A DNA stretch of 64,000 nt from IMG/VR virus record IMGVR_UViG_3300033144_005525, positions 95,402 through 159,401 of that record. One strand, 5' to 3'. Position numbers and translations under genes: made by a program. Source of the DNA: a virus. Under the pieces are notes generated by a model, which was not told where the DNA came from, searched no databases, and saw nothing but the letters and a program-made list of their open reading frames with translations. Shown here one piece after another: positions 46,137 through 55,317 of this stretch; position 1 is the stretch's first letter, and every line of letters starts with the position of its first letter.

Positions 46137-46441
46137 TGGTCATTTGCTGTGGGTGCGGAGACCCTTTCGCTGCCGCAGACGGTGGCCTGATGATCAAGCC
46201 AGTTGTTGGCGTGGCCAGTCCCAAGTCAGGCAGATCCATACCTAACGAGAGTACGTTTCCGGACGGATCGAGGGAAAAGTTCCTATGCAACACATGCTGC
46301 TTTTCGGCAACTGAGGTAGGTGTCGTAGTTGGAATCTACGATACCGGCTACGACTTCCCCCACGAAAAGGAGGTGCACCCTGGCGCAGTGTCTGGAGTGT
46401 TCCCAACCTATCAACTTGGGTCAGGAGTTCATAAGAATTGA
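46137..46441 (+). CDS. Small Zn-finger protein
   Basis: AGGAGG RBS before ATG 46137; CCGC...SPKSGR...CNTCC. Confidence 0.6.
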
Positions 46442-46778
46442 AACTGGAGTAGTAGTGGTGTCGAAAAAGTCTGGGCGACCACTACCTCTATCTAATTCTG
46501 GGGAACTGATCCACAACGTTTGTTTCCAATCCTACTTGGTGAATACCAGCAACCAACTGTGGGACCACATCATCACTATCCTGCAACCAAAAGTCAGGAA
46601 AGAAGTTCTTCAAGAGCTTGGGGAAGAATTGAAGCAGGAAGCGTTCGACGAAGCAGTGGAGGAGCTAGGCAGGACATGTGTTGTGTGTAGCGAGGAGATA
46701 GAGTTCATGGCTGAGACGGATCCGACCGAAATCCAGCCTCACCATTCAGCTCTTCCTCCACCACTCTCTCACTACTAG
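46380..46778 (+). CDS. Zn-finger protein paralogous to the upstream gene
   Basis: CLEC...SKKSGR...HNVC plus CVVC; AAGGAGG precedes an in-frame CTG at 46380 (the ORF track start is 46329). Confidence 0.6.
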   Translation: MAQCLECSQPINLGQEFIRIETGVVVVSKKSGRPLPLSNSGELIHNVCFQSYLVNTSNQLWDHIITILQPKVRKEVLQELGEELKQEAFDEAVEELGRTCVVCSEEIEFMAETDPTEIQPHHSALPPPLSHY

Positions 46779-46788
46779 TAGATAGCAA

Positions 46789-46830
46789 AGAGAAAGGCGG
46801 GGGTTCCATACCCCCGCCTCCTCTCTTTTA
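46789..46830. terminator. Bidirectional intrinsic terminator
   Basis: agagaaaggcggggg-ttccata-cccccgcctcctctctttt between convergent genes. Confidence 0.75.
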
Positions 46831-46843
46831 GCTAGTTGCTGCC

Positions 46844-49522
46844 CTACGAACAGCCTGTAGTTGCTCCACAGTTGCTGCACAGAAAACAGGAGCCGGACCT
46901 CTTGGTCAAGCTGCCACAATCTGAGCACGGTGGACCGTCGTAGGCGATCGTCAAATCCACCACCTGGATGGGAGGTTTGACGATAGTTGATCCAGAGGCT
47001 TCCGCTTTCTTCGGCTCCTCTTCCGACAGGTAGCGGAGCTCTATCCACCTAAAGAGATAGTCGATGATGGACTTGGCAATGCTGATTTCATCGTCACCTG
47101 TGAAACCGGCTGGCTCGAAGCTCGTACCCTTGAACTTGTCGCAGAGGAGCTTGACCGGAACACCATGTTGGATCCCGAAGGACACCGACTGGGCGAAGCA
47201 CTCGAGTATTCCTCCCAAGAAACTTCCCTGCTTGGAAATCCGAACGAAGATCTCAGCTAGGGTTCCATCCGGATACTCCCCAGCCGTGATGTATCCCTTG
47301 ACGTTAGCCACTCGGAACTTGTGGGTGACTGAGTTTCTTGTGTTCGGCAGATCTTTGCGCTCTCCCCACTTCCTGATGGAGAACCCATCCTTGTGCTCCA
47401 GCTTGGTAGCAACGGGCTGGGATAGCTTGCACCCACTCCTATAGATGGCAACGCACTTCAGGCCACCCCTCCACGCCTTCATGTAGATGTCTGCTACGTC
47501 TTGAGAGGTAGCATCCTCTGGCATGTTGACGGTCTTGGAGATGCCTCCCGACAAGAAAGGTTGAACGGCCGCCATCATGTCGATATGCCCTTGCGGCTTT
47601 AGAGCATGTGACCCAAGGGACCCAGCGAAGATCTCGTTGTGCTCCTCTTTGAATCCGGGAGCACCGTGAATGTCCCCATTGTTCCTGATGTAGTTCTCGA
47701 TCTCACCGATTTGATCGTAGTCGTAACCCAGGTTGAGTAGGGCAGGACCCACCACGCGGCTAGGCAACATCAAGACACCCTCTCCGACGATCTTCTTGTA
47801 GACCACGACTCCCAACATCGGCTCAATGCCTGTGGTATCGCAGTCCATCAAGAACGAGATGGTTCCCGTCGGAGCTAGCAGAGTAGTTTGTGCGTTTCGG
47901 AACCCCCACATCTTTCCGTTGGAGTAAGCACTGATCCATGCATTCATCGAAGACTTGGCCAGATCGGTCCAAGGTTTATCGATAGGGACCGGAATCTCCC
48001 TGGCGCTTTCCAGATGCCTCTCGATCACCGCCAACATGGGCTCTCGGTTCTTCTCGTATTCCTGGAATGGTCCTTTTGCCATAGCCAGGATCGCCGATTG
48101 GTCGTAAGCCCTGCCGCCCATCAAGGAAGTGATGAGAGCTGCCACGTTCCTACCCTCATCACTGTCGTAGGGTAGACCCCAAAACGTGAGGAGGGCACCG
48201 AGGTTGGCATACCCAAGACCCAACGGTCGGAACTTGTGACTCATCTCCGCAATTTGCGGACTTGGGTAAGAAGCAGCATCGACGATGATCTCTTTAGCTA
48301 TGATGGCAATGTCGATGGCCTGTAGGAAATCATTCACCAGGAACCCATCATGCTTGGCGAACTTCATGAGATTAAGGGATCCCAGGTTGCACGCCGAGTT
48401 GTTCAGGAACAGGTACTCTGAACATGGATTCGTGGCAGTGATCTCCCCACTGTTCGGGCAAGTGTGCATCTCGTTGATGATGGACTTGAACTGCAGTCCA
48501 GGGTCACCACAGAGGTGCGCTGCGTCACTCATCTCTTCGAACATCTCCTTGGCCTGGTAGTGCCGATGATCGGAGCCGTCCGCGTACTTCGTGGTCCACA
48601 CACTGTCGTCCACCACCCCTTGCATGAAATCATCTGATACACGCACGGAGTGATTGGCGTTCTGGTAACCGACCCTGTCGTAGACGTTCCCTCGGATGTT
48701 CCACTCCGCAGAGTACTTCCCAGTCTCGTACAGGGCTTGAGCCTCCCTCTCTGCATCCGCCTTGCAGCCGATGAATCCAGGAAGACCATTCCTCTGGGCG
48801 ATGATGTCTGGATGATCGGCATCGAGAACATTCATCTTCGCGGCACGACGAGTGGTGCCTCCGGATTTGGTGACTCCGGCAAAAGCGTCGTACCCCTTCA
48901 TGAACGACACAGGTCCCGATGCGTAGCCTCCTCCCGATAGTTTTTCCCAGGAACTACGTATGGAGGACAGATTGGCTCCGGTACCGGAACCGCCTTTGAA
49001 CAGCATGACCTCTCGCTTGGCGAGATCCATGATGTCACTCATTGTGTCGTCCACTCCCTGGATGAAGCACGCTGAGCATTGTGGGTCTTCCTTCACCCCT
49101 ACGTTGAACCAAACGGGAGAGTTGAAGGCGTACATCCCATTCACTAGGAGATGCAGGAGTTCCAGATGGAAGATGTTGGAATCTTCCGGGAGGATTACAC
49201 TCTGCCCCACACCTTTTTGAGTGATCCATATGGCCACTCTGTTGAACATCTGCTTGGCCGAGAACTCCTTTACCCCACTGACTACGCGAAAGTATTTCTC
49301 GACAACGATGTTGATCGTGTTGTCGGACCACGTCGATGGCACTTCGACGCCGTCCTGACGGAACTTCTCGACTCCATCCGCACCGATCAATACGGCGTCT
49401 GTAGTCACCCATTCAATGGTGTCGAAAGGGTGAGCACCCTCATCGACGAAGTGGCGCTTCACGCTCAGTGGACGATAGTCGTCCTTGACTGCCGTTGACT
49501 CTGGAACGACGGTAGTCTCCAT
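46844..49522 (-). CDS. nrdJ: Class II (adenosylcobalamin-dependent) ribonucleotide reductase
   Basis: FNSP, QCSACFI, GGTTRRAAKM, TNPCSE, APTGTIS and AIYRSG motifs, a C-terminal TSCPD-like domain and a Zn ribbon. Confidence 0.95.
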   Translation of the reverse strand: METTVVPESTAVKDDYRPLSVKRHFVDEGAHPFDTIEWVTTDAVLIGADGVEKFRQDGVEVPSTWSDNTINIVVEKYFRVVSGVKEFSAKQMFNRVAIWITQKGVGQSVILPEDSNIFHLELLHLLVNGMYAFNSPVWFNVGVKEDPQCSACFIQGVDDTMSDIMDLAKREVMLFKGGSGTGANLSSIRSSWEKLSGGGYASGPVSFMKGYDAFAGVTKSGGTTRRAAKMNVLDADHPDIIAQRNGLPGFIGCKADAEREAQALYETGKYSAEWNIRGNVYDRVGYQNANHSVRVSDDFMQGVVDDSVWTTKYADGSDHRHYQAKEMFEEMSDAAHLCGDPGLQFKSIINEMHTCPNSGEITATNPCSEYLFLNNSACNLGSLNLMKFAKHDGFLVNDFLQAIDIAIIAKEIIVDAASYPSPQIAEMSHKFRPLGLGYANLGALLTFWGLPYDSDEGRNVAALITSLMGGRAYDQSAILAMAKGPFQEYEKNREPMLAVIERHLESAREIPVPIDKPWTDLAKSSMNAWISAYSNGKMWGFRNAQTTLLAPTGTISFLMDCDTTGIEPMLGVVVYKKIVGEGVLMLPSRVVGPALLNLGYDYDQIGEIENYIRNNGDIHGAPGFKEEHNEIFAGSLGSHALKPQGHIDMMAAVQPFLSGGISKTVNMPEDATSQDVADIYMKAWRGGLKCVAIYRSGCKLSQPVATKLEHKDGFSIRKWGERKDLPNTRNSVTHKFRVANVKGYITAGEYPDGTLAEIFVRISKQGSFLGGILECFAQSVSFGIQHGVPVKLLCDKFKGTSFEPAGFTGDDEISIAKSIIDYLFRWIELRYLSEEEPKKAEASGSTIVKPPIQVVDLTIAYDGPPCSDCGSLTKRSGSCFLCSNCGATTGCS

Positions 49523-49582
49523 AGCGACCTCCCTTTAGTTGTCAGATCAAAGTGGTTCGGATCTCCTAGCTAAGTCCGAAGC

Positions 49583-49597
49583 TTAAACCTTATGCCA
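49583..49597 (-). promoter_or_regulatory. Candidate phage promoter motif GGCATAAG upstream of nrdJ
   Basis: tggcataaggtttaa immediately after the portal stop codon. Confidence 0.35.
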
Positions 49598-51667
49598 TCA
49601 CACTAGCTGAACTTGACGGCGGGGCGGTTTTACTTCAGGCAGTGGGCTCTGCATAGGACTCAAATTGTCCGACTGCGATCCCTGTCCTGACTGCAAGATC
49701 CGAAGCACCAGCATGTAAAGCTGCGGATTCTGTGCCCTCATCTGCATCAACGCCATCTGCTGTTGCGAATCTTCATACTGGGAGATCGCAGAGGCAGCCC
49801 TTTGGGCAAGGTACAGAATATTCATCTGCCCACCAGCTTGCTGCTGATTGAGCGGAGACTGGACCTCGACCGGTAGTCCCTTAGCAGGTGGAGTCGTTGA
49901 GTTCTCTGGATACGCAGTGGCGTCTGCCGGCATACCCGGAGCCGCCTGCTGCCCTACCATGGGCTGCTGATCTGTCATGCCGGCGGCTGGCGGCCCTCCC
50001 GCCGGGGGACCTCCGCCGGACGGTGGAGTAGGGACAGACTCCGGGTTGTCTGCGGTGGCACCGCCCGCTCCAGCCCCCATCCCTTGAGGATTCGGCATTG
50101 TTGGAGTCATGCCGCTCCGACCCATGATAGCCATCGCCTGGGCCTGGTAGCGGGCCTGGACTATCTGCAGGTCTCCCTGCAGTGCTGCACTAGCAAGCTG
50201 CTGCTTGCGCTGGTTCTCAAGCTGCTGGGTGAGCTCGGCCTTCTTGTGCTTCTCCTCCTGGACGATATCCACTTCGACTTCATCGAGCAGAGTCGTATCA
50301 GAGATCTTCATGGCCTGATTCATCTGGAAGATCAGGGCAGTACGCTGGAGGTCATCTGCCATCCGGAACCGACGGAAGTGGACCTTGGGAGCAGACCAAC
50401 CCATGTAGTTGGCGACACGACCGAGGATGAAGTCTCGACAGAGGATGAGTTGGTTGGTGCGGTAGCCGAGGAACTGATTCTCGAGCATCCGCATGGAGAC
50501 GTTGGAACCGCTGTACTGCAGACCACCGAACACGAATTCGATCGGAACGTGCATGCCGGCCACGATCTGCTCAGACCAAGCCCTCATCTCCTGGTGGAGC
50601 ATCAAGGCTTTGCCCTCTCCACCGATGGTCTCGTTCCCCACAGGGAGTGGGAGGATCGGGATGTAGTTCTGGTCCAGCTTCCACTTCTCGATCTCTGCCT
50701 CAATACGTCGACGCCACATACTGAGATCAGCTGTGGAGTACGGGTCCGAGCTCGAGCTCCCAGCCTGTGGGAACAGGATGCGGAGAGGAACGATGTACTG
50801 CTGAGCGATGGCCTCCTGTGCCTTGCGTAGAACCTGAAGGTAGTAGGTGTCTTTGAGGACCGGGAGGATGAGTGGGATGCCCCAACCTTGGTCCTTCTGG
50901 GCAATGGTTGGACGCTTCAGATGGAACACCTCGTTGTCCCTGAAGCGGAGGGACTTGGAGCCCTTCAAGGCCTCAACGAACTCATTGGGTATCGCCTCAA
51001 TGACGTGGCGCTTACCCATCATGATGTCGTTCTTCAACCCAACAGGTACATCGAAGAAGAACTCCGACTTACCTGTAACCTCATTGTGCTCAACCGTGAT
51101 GTGCTCTGGGTTCCAACGGATGAGTTTGATACCTCGCAGATCCTTGATGTTGTGGTCGTACACCATGGCTTCTGTAGTGGTGATGCACTTGGGACAAGCC
51201 AGGTAGTACTTGAAGTTGCGGAACTTGTAGGCTGCGTTCTTCGCCTTCTGTTGTTCGTGGCAGTTGCGGCAGATCAGGTACTTCTCAAACGGGAAGTGAA
51301 TCGTGATGAACGCATTGCCATAGCAGAAGTAGTCGAGACCGGTCTCAATCTGAAATGTCCGCAGTTTGAGAACGTTCTCGATGACATTCTCCCACTTTCC
51401 TCGTAGCTCTGGGTCTTCTTCATCTACGACCAGAGGTGTAATCGGGTACTCCGCCATCTTGTACGTGACGGCATTGATGAGTGGGTTGACCAGGAAGTAG
51501 TACCGACACCACCTGAACATCTGCTTGACCGAAGTCGGCAGATAGGTGTGTCCGATATCGAAGAAGGGGGAAGGGTACCGCTGAGTACCGCTGTTCCCTT
51601 GGTTGTGGGTGGTATCGAAGCGAGCGGTGCTTCCAATGAACCCTGATCCCGGAGTGCCGGTTGACAT
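49598..51667 (-). CDS. Portal protein with a Zn-finger insertion and a long Pro/Gln/Met-rich tail
   Basis: DYFCYGNAF, VFHLK...GWGIPLI and IVAGMHVPIEFVFGG are portal-type motifs; CRNC...CPKC insertion. Confidence 0.85.
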   Translation of the reverse strand: MSTGTPGSGFIGSTARFDTTHNQGNSGTQRYPSPFFDIGHTYLPTSVKQMFRWCRYYFLVNPLINAVTYKMAEYPITPLVVDEEDPELRGKWENVIENVLKLRTFQIETGLDYFCYGNAFITIHFPFEKYLICRNCHEQQKAKNAAYKFRNFKYYLACPKCITTTEAMVYDHNIKDLRGIKLIRWNPEHITVEHNEVTGKSEFFFDVPVGLKNDIMMGKRHVIEAIPNEFVEALKGSKSLRFRDNEVFHLKRPTIAQKDQGWGIPLILPVLKDTYYLQVLRKAQEAIAQQYIVPLRILFPQAGSSSSDPYSTADLSMWRRRIEAEIEKWKLDQNYIPILPLPVGNETIGGEGKALMLHQEMRAWSEQIVAGMHVPIEFVFGGLQYSGSNVSMRMLENQFLGYRTNQLILCRDFILGRVANYMGWSAPKVHFRRFRMADDLQRTALIFQMNQAMKISDTTLLDEVEVDIVQEEKHKKAELTQQLENQRKQQLASAALQGDLQIVQARYQAQAMAIMGRSGMTPTMPNPQGMGAGAGGATADNPESVPTPPSGGGPPAGGPPAAGMTDQQPMVGQQAAPGMPADATAYPENSTTPPAKGLPVEVQSPLNQQQAGGQMNILYLAQRAASAISQYEDSQQQMALMQMRAQNPQLYMLVLRILQSGQGSQSDNLSPMQSPLPEVKPPRRQVQLV

Positions 51668-51670
51668 TGG

Positions 51671-52258
51671 TTACCTACCCTGCTGAAGCGTTTGCATTGC
51701 AGCAGCTCTTTGTAGCAGAGCATCACGCCGTGCTGGATCTTGGATTGGAGGCTGCGCAGCAGCTTGACGAGATCTCTGCCATGGCAACGTAGACACCTTC
51801 TCTCCCAACAATCCGCCTGCGATAGCCCCACCGATACTGCGAATAGCTCTACTGCCGATGATGGGAAGACCTCTTCCAGGAGCACTCAGTAAAGCTCCTG
51901 CTCCGGCTAGTCCTCCTAGCATCATGCCACCGTACCCAGAGACCCTCTCGGTTCTGGATCGTCCCATACCCATTGGATCTTGTTTAGCCAAGAGACCAGG
52001 AATGGCAGGCACACTAAGTCCCACCATCAAGGACTTCCCACCGATAGGAAGATGCCTACGAATGGCGGTGGGTTTACCCTTTTTGTTTTTCAAGGCTCCG
52101 AACCAACCACCGCGAGCTCCTCCTTCTCCCATGTCATCCCAGCCCTTGGACACCCACTTACCTACCGTCTTACCTACCCTAGATATCACCCCGGGACCGG
52201 CCGCTATCTTTACCAACTCATCACCGAACGCAGAGTAGGTTTTGGAGTCCATGATCAC
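51671..52258 (-). CDS. Basic Gly-rich membrane-like protein with an FGDELVKIA leader
   Basis: Leader motif plus glycine-zipper segments. Confidence 0.7.
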   Translation of the reverse strand: MIMDSKTYSAFGDELVKIAAGPGVISRVGKTVGKWVSKGWDDMGEGGARGGWFGALKNKKGKPTAIRRHLPIGGKSLMVGLSVPAIPGLLAKQDPMGMGRSRTERVSGYGGMMLGGLAGAGALLSAPGRGLPIIGSRAIRSIGGAIAGGLLGEKVSTLPWQRSRQAAAQPPIQDPARRDALLQRAAAMQTLQQGR

Positions 52259-53208
52259 GAGACAGTCATCCAGTCTTTGATCTCCGACAACTGACGATCC
52301 CTCTGCTTTTGTCGGAACCTCATGTAGTCGGTGGCGGATATGAGTTTAGCAGCCTCGATGTCCTCAGCTACTTCTTGAATACGAAGATCTGAGGGATCCA
52401 CCTTGATGAGCTCCTCGAATCTAGTCTTTGTGGGAGCAGGATCAAGGACCATCGAATACTCCACACGCTCGGGATCGTCCTTTGAATCCTCTGCTGGTTT
52501 GAAGTTGAATGGGTGGTCTTCAAACTTCCTGGAACACGAATCACAGTGACTATTGAAAGGAGGCAAAGCGCTACCTTCTTTCCCACACTCAAGGCACTTG
52601 TACCTGGGTTGGGATAGATAGAGCTGACAGAAGTCCAAGGGGTCGGGGGCGTAACTCACGTTGTCATGCAAGAAACAAGCGGCCGTGTACCTGGATACCT
52701 CTTCTCCGAACTCTTCCTTCCTCACTGTGTTGGCGATGTCCACTCCCACCATCAGCATAGAGATATCTGGTGGCTGAATGACCCCAACACTGGGGATGAT
52801 TCCGTTTAGAGCAAGGATAGTCTTCTCGAAGATCTCCCACTTCTCCCAAAACACGTCGATGACATGAAGGGTCATGGTGGCCATGATCTTCACACGATTG
52901 ATATCGGCGATGCTGGTGCTGAAGGTTTCCCGGATCTCCTGAAACAGTGTCTCTGGGGTCCACTCCAACCACTCAAGTTGGAAAGCCTTCAACAGAGCCA
53001 GGTCCAACACAAAGGCATGTGCTTCAGGATGAGAGAACAGATTGTTCTTCGTGACCGATCTCAGAGCTTGCTGAGCGGTCTTCTCTTGCATGAGATCGGA
53101 GGAATCGGATTCGATCACTCCAACCTCTTTGGAGAGACCAACAGAGGAGCCGTCCAGTACTCCCCCTAATCCCTCAAAGAACATCTCATCTGGTCGCTTA
53201 GACGACAT
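52255..53208 (-). CDS. Virion-module protein with a Zn ribbon
   Basis: 317 aa; EKTA after an acidic leader; CLEC...CDSC. Confidence 0.7.
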   Translation of the reverse strand: MSSKRPDEMFFEGLGGVLDGSSVGLSKEVGVIESDSSDLMQEKTAQQALRSVTKNNLFSHPEAHAFVLDLALLKAFQLEWLEWTPETLFQEIRETFSTSIADINRVKIMATMTLHVIDVFWEKWEIFEKTILALNGIIPSVGVIQPPDISMLMVGVDIANTVRKEEFGEEVSRYTAACFLHDNVSYAPDPLDFCQLYLSQPRYKCLECGKEGSALPPFNSHCDSCSRKFEDHPFNFKPAEDSKDDPERVEYSMVLDPAPTKTRFEELIKVDPSDLRIQEVAEDIEAAKLISATDYMRFRQKQRDRQLSEIKDWMTVS

Positions 53209-53220
53209 CGGTCCTGGAGA

Positions 53221-54657
53221 CTACTCTTCGCCGTCCCCAGAGTGGTCTGAGCACATGACCATTCTCGCCAGCACCAACTTGTTGGGTGTCGGAAGAGCCA
53301 TGAAGAAGGTCTTGGGGCTCTTGCTGAACTCATCGGCGAACTTGTCACCGAAGGCATCACTCACTGAAGGCCGACCATTCCTGGCCAAGGCCTCCAGACC
53401 TTTCTCGTCGATGCGAACACCCTGCTCATCCCACACCCACTCTTCAGCAGCCACCTTCTCATAGGAAGCTCCGAACGTAGACGCCCACGGGTCTGGTACT
53501 CGAGCATCCCACTCGTGGTGTAGGTTCGTCATCTGATCAAACTCACACAGAGCCTCGGCGAATGTGTCTGGAGAGACCATCGCCTGTTTCTCCATGAGTA
53601 CATCCAGGGCCGGGTGGAACTCCTCATGAACGAATCCACGACGGTAGCCCACGTAGGCCTGCACATCCCCACCGAAGCCTTCTGAGGCGTACTTCTCGAT
53701 GGCCCCGGTCACAGGGATGGAGAGCTCCGTCATCCTGGAGGCCAGCTTGATGCAGTACTCTCGTCGATCCCGGGGATGGAACCGGCGGATATACTCCCCA
53801 AAGTAGACCTCTGCCATCTTGACCTGGTCGTAGGAGTCGACCGGGAACTTACCCCTCAGGAGGGTGCGGGATGGAACGGACGCTTCCTTGATGATGTCTG
53901 CTCCAGGCTCCCAGTCCTGCACGTCCACGTAGGGAGACGTGCGCCAGTTCTGTTGCCTTGTCTCGACATTTGAGGAGTTCAGTAGTGCCAAGGTGGCTGG
54001 ATCGGCGGCGGCCATCTTCTCTCGATCGATGCCGCTGCCTTCTGCATTGCTGAAGCGCTCCTTCACCGTGAAGGGGGGAGCTTCCAAGAAGTTGGAGCCC
54101 ATCACACCTTTGTGATTGGTCCTCTTCTTGACATCCGGATCTGTACCGTCTCCTTGACCGAGCTGAGGCTCCATCGTGGATTCCTTGGAAGGCTCTGGAA
54201 CAGGGAACTCCCCACTCCGCTCGAGCTGAATGTTCAACACCTTACGAAGGTAGGGTTGCTGAGCCTCCCCTGACACCCCACTCACCCCAGTCTTTGCGGC
54301 CAGCTTGAGCTGATGGGGTACATCCAGGTTGAACCGATTGCAGGCTTCAACCAGATTCGATGCAGCCACCTTCACTGCCTTCTCGGGAAGGAAGTGGGCT
54401 TGCTTCAACAAGTACAGGACAGACAGAGCCGTGTTACCGGCATCCACTGTGGCGTACTTCTTGAACTTCTGACCTTCCTTGAGGAGTACCAGAGCGTAGT
54501 TGTCGTCTGGCAGTGTTGCCGATTCCTCTGGAGTAATCCGTTGGGCTTCTTTTACGAAGTCCGGGATCTCTGAACTGTCGGGAATGATGGTCCGAAGGGT
54601 CTCCCCGGACATGTCATCGTACGAATCAAACACGACTCCTGCTAGCTGGCTCATCAA
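53221..54657 (-). CDS. Virion-module protein with about 11 K-x-A motifs
   Basis: 478 aa; AGGAG RBS; first gene of the portal operon. Confidence 0.75.
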   Translation of the reverse strand: MMSQLAGVVFDSYDDMSGETLRTIIPDSSEIPDFVKEAQRITPEESATLPDDNYALVLLKEGQKFKKYATVDAGNTALSVLYLLKQAHFLPEKAVKVAASNLVEACNRFNLDVPHQLKLAAKTGVSGVSGEAQQPYLRKVLNIQLERSGEFPVPEPSKESTMEPQLGQGDGTDPDVKKRTNHKGVMGSNFLEAPPFTVKERFSNAEGSGIDREKMAAADPATLALLNSSNVETRQQNWRTSPYVDVQDWEPGADIIKEASVPSRTLLRGKFPVDSYDQVKMAEVYFGEYIRRFHPRDRREYCIKLASRMTELSIPVTGAIEKYASEGFGGDVQAYVGYRRGFVHEEFHPALDVLMEKQAMVSPDTFAEALCEFDQMTNLHHEWDARVPDPWASTFGASYEKVAAEEWVWDEQGVRIDEKGLEALARNGRPSVSDAFGDKFADEFSKSPKTFFMALPTPNKLVLARMVMCSDHSGDGEE

Positions 54658-54744
54658 GTACCTCTCCTAAGTAGAAGCTACCGCCCATCCTACGAAGAAG
54701 ACAGGGTCGGTGCCAAGAGAAACGTCCGACAAGCCTTGAGATTC

Positions 54745-54766
54745 CAGGGGATAAGGATTGTGGATA
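54745..54766 (+). promoter_or_regulatory. Candidate phage promoter motif GGGATAAG upstream of the replication operon
   Basis: caggggataaggattgtggata at the strand switch. Confidence 0.45.
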
Positions 54767-55276
54767 GACATTTGCCTGAAAGGAGATGAGGCCTTGTACA
54801 ACGGATCAAAACCTCCAGCAGCTCCGCACTGTTGGAGCAGATCTTTCGAGGAACCAGACCAAGAGTGCGATCGATGCGACTACAGACTGTCTTGCCAGGA
54901 CATGTTTCTTAGGAGTCATGGGATGCAACCACAGATGAATAGCTACCCACAGCCGCCCCCTGTATCCCCGAACTACTGGGCGTCCCAACACCGAACACCT
55001 TCAGCCCCGCAGATACCTCCCCCTCTACCGATGACTCCATATCAACCGCAGCAACAACAAATGACCATGGCTGCTGCACCTGCCCCCACTACTCCGATGA
55101 ATCTACCAGTCGGAGGAAATACGGCCTACTACAATCAGTACTACGCACCATATGCCGAAGAGGGAACCGCCCAAAGACTCGGCAAACACGTGGTTCTTAG
55201 GTTACTGGAAGTAGCCTTCGCAGAGCTGTCCAAATTCTTCCAGCTCTGGAGGTGGCCGCCATCGCATGGTAATTAG
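54758..55276 (+). CDS. Hypothetical protein with an N-terminal Cys4 motif and a Pro/Gln-rich middle
   Basis: C...CDRC...C motif; the true start may be TTG 54794 after AGGAG. Confidence 0.65.
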   Translation: MWIDICLKGDEALYNGSKPPAAPHCWSRSFEEPDQECDRCDYRLSCQDMFLRSHGMQPQMNSYPQPPPVSPNYWASQHRTPSAPQIPPPLPMTPYQPQQQQMTMAAAPAPTTPMNLPVGGNTAYYNQYYAPYAEEGTAQRLGKHVVLRLLEVAFAELSKFFQLWRWPPSHGN

Positions 55277-55317
55277 GTAGTGTCCGGGCTGGACACAGAC
55301 AATTTAGGGAGGTCTTC

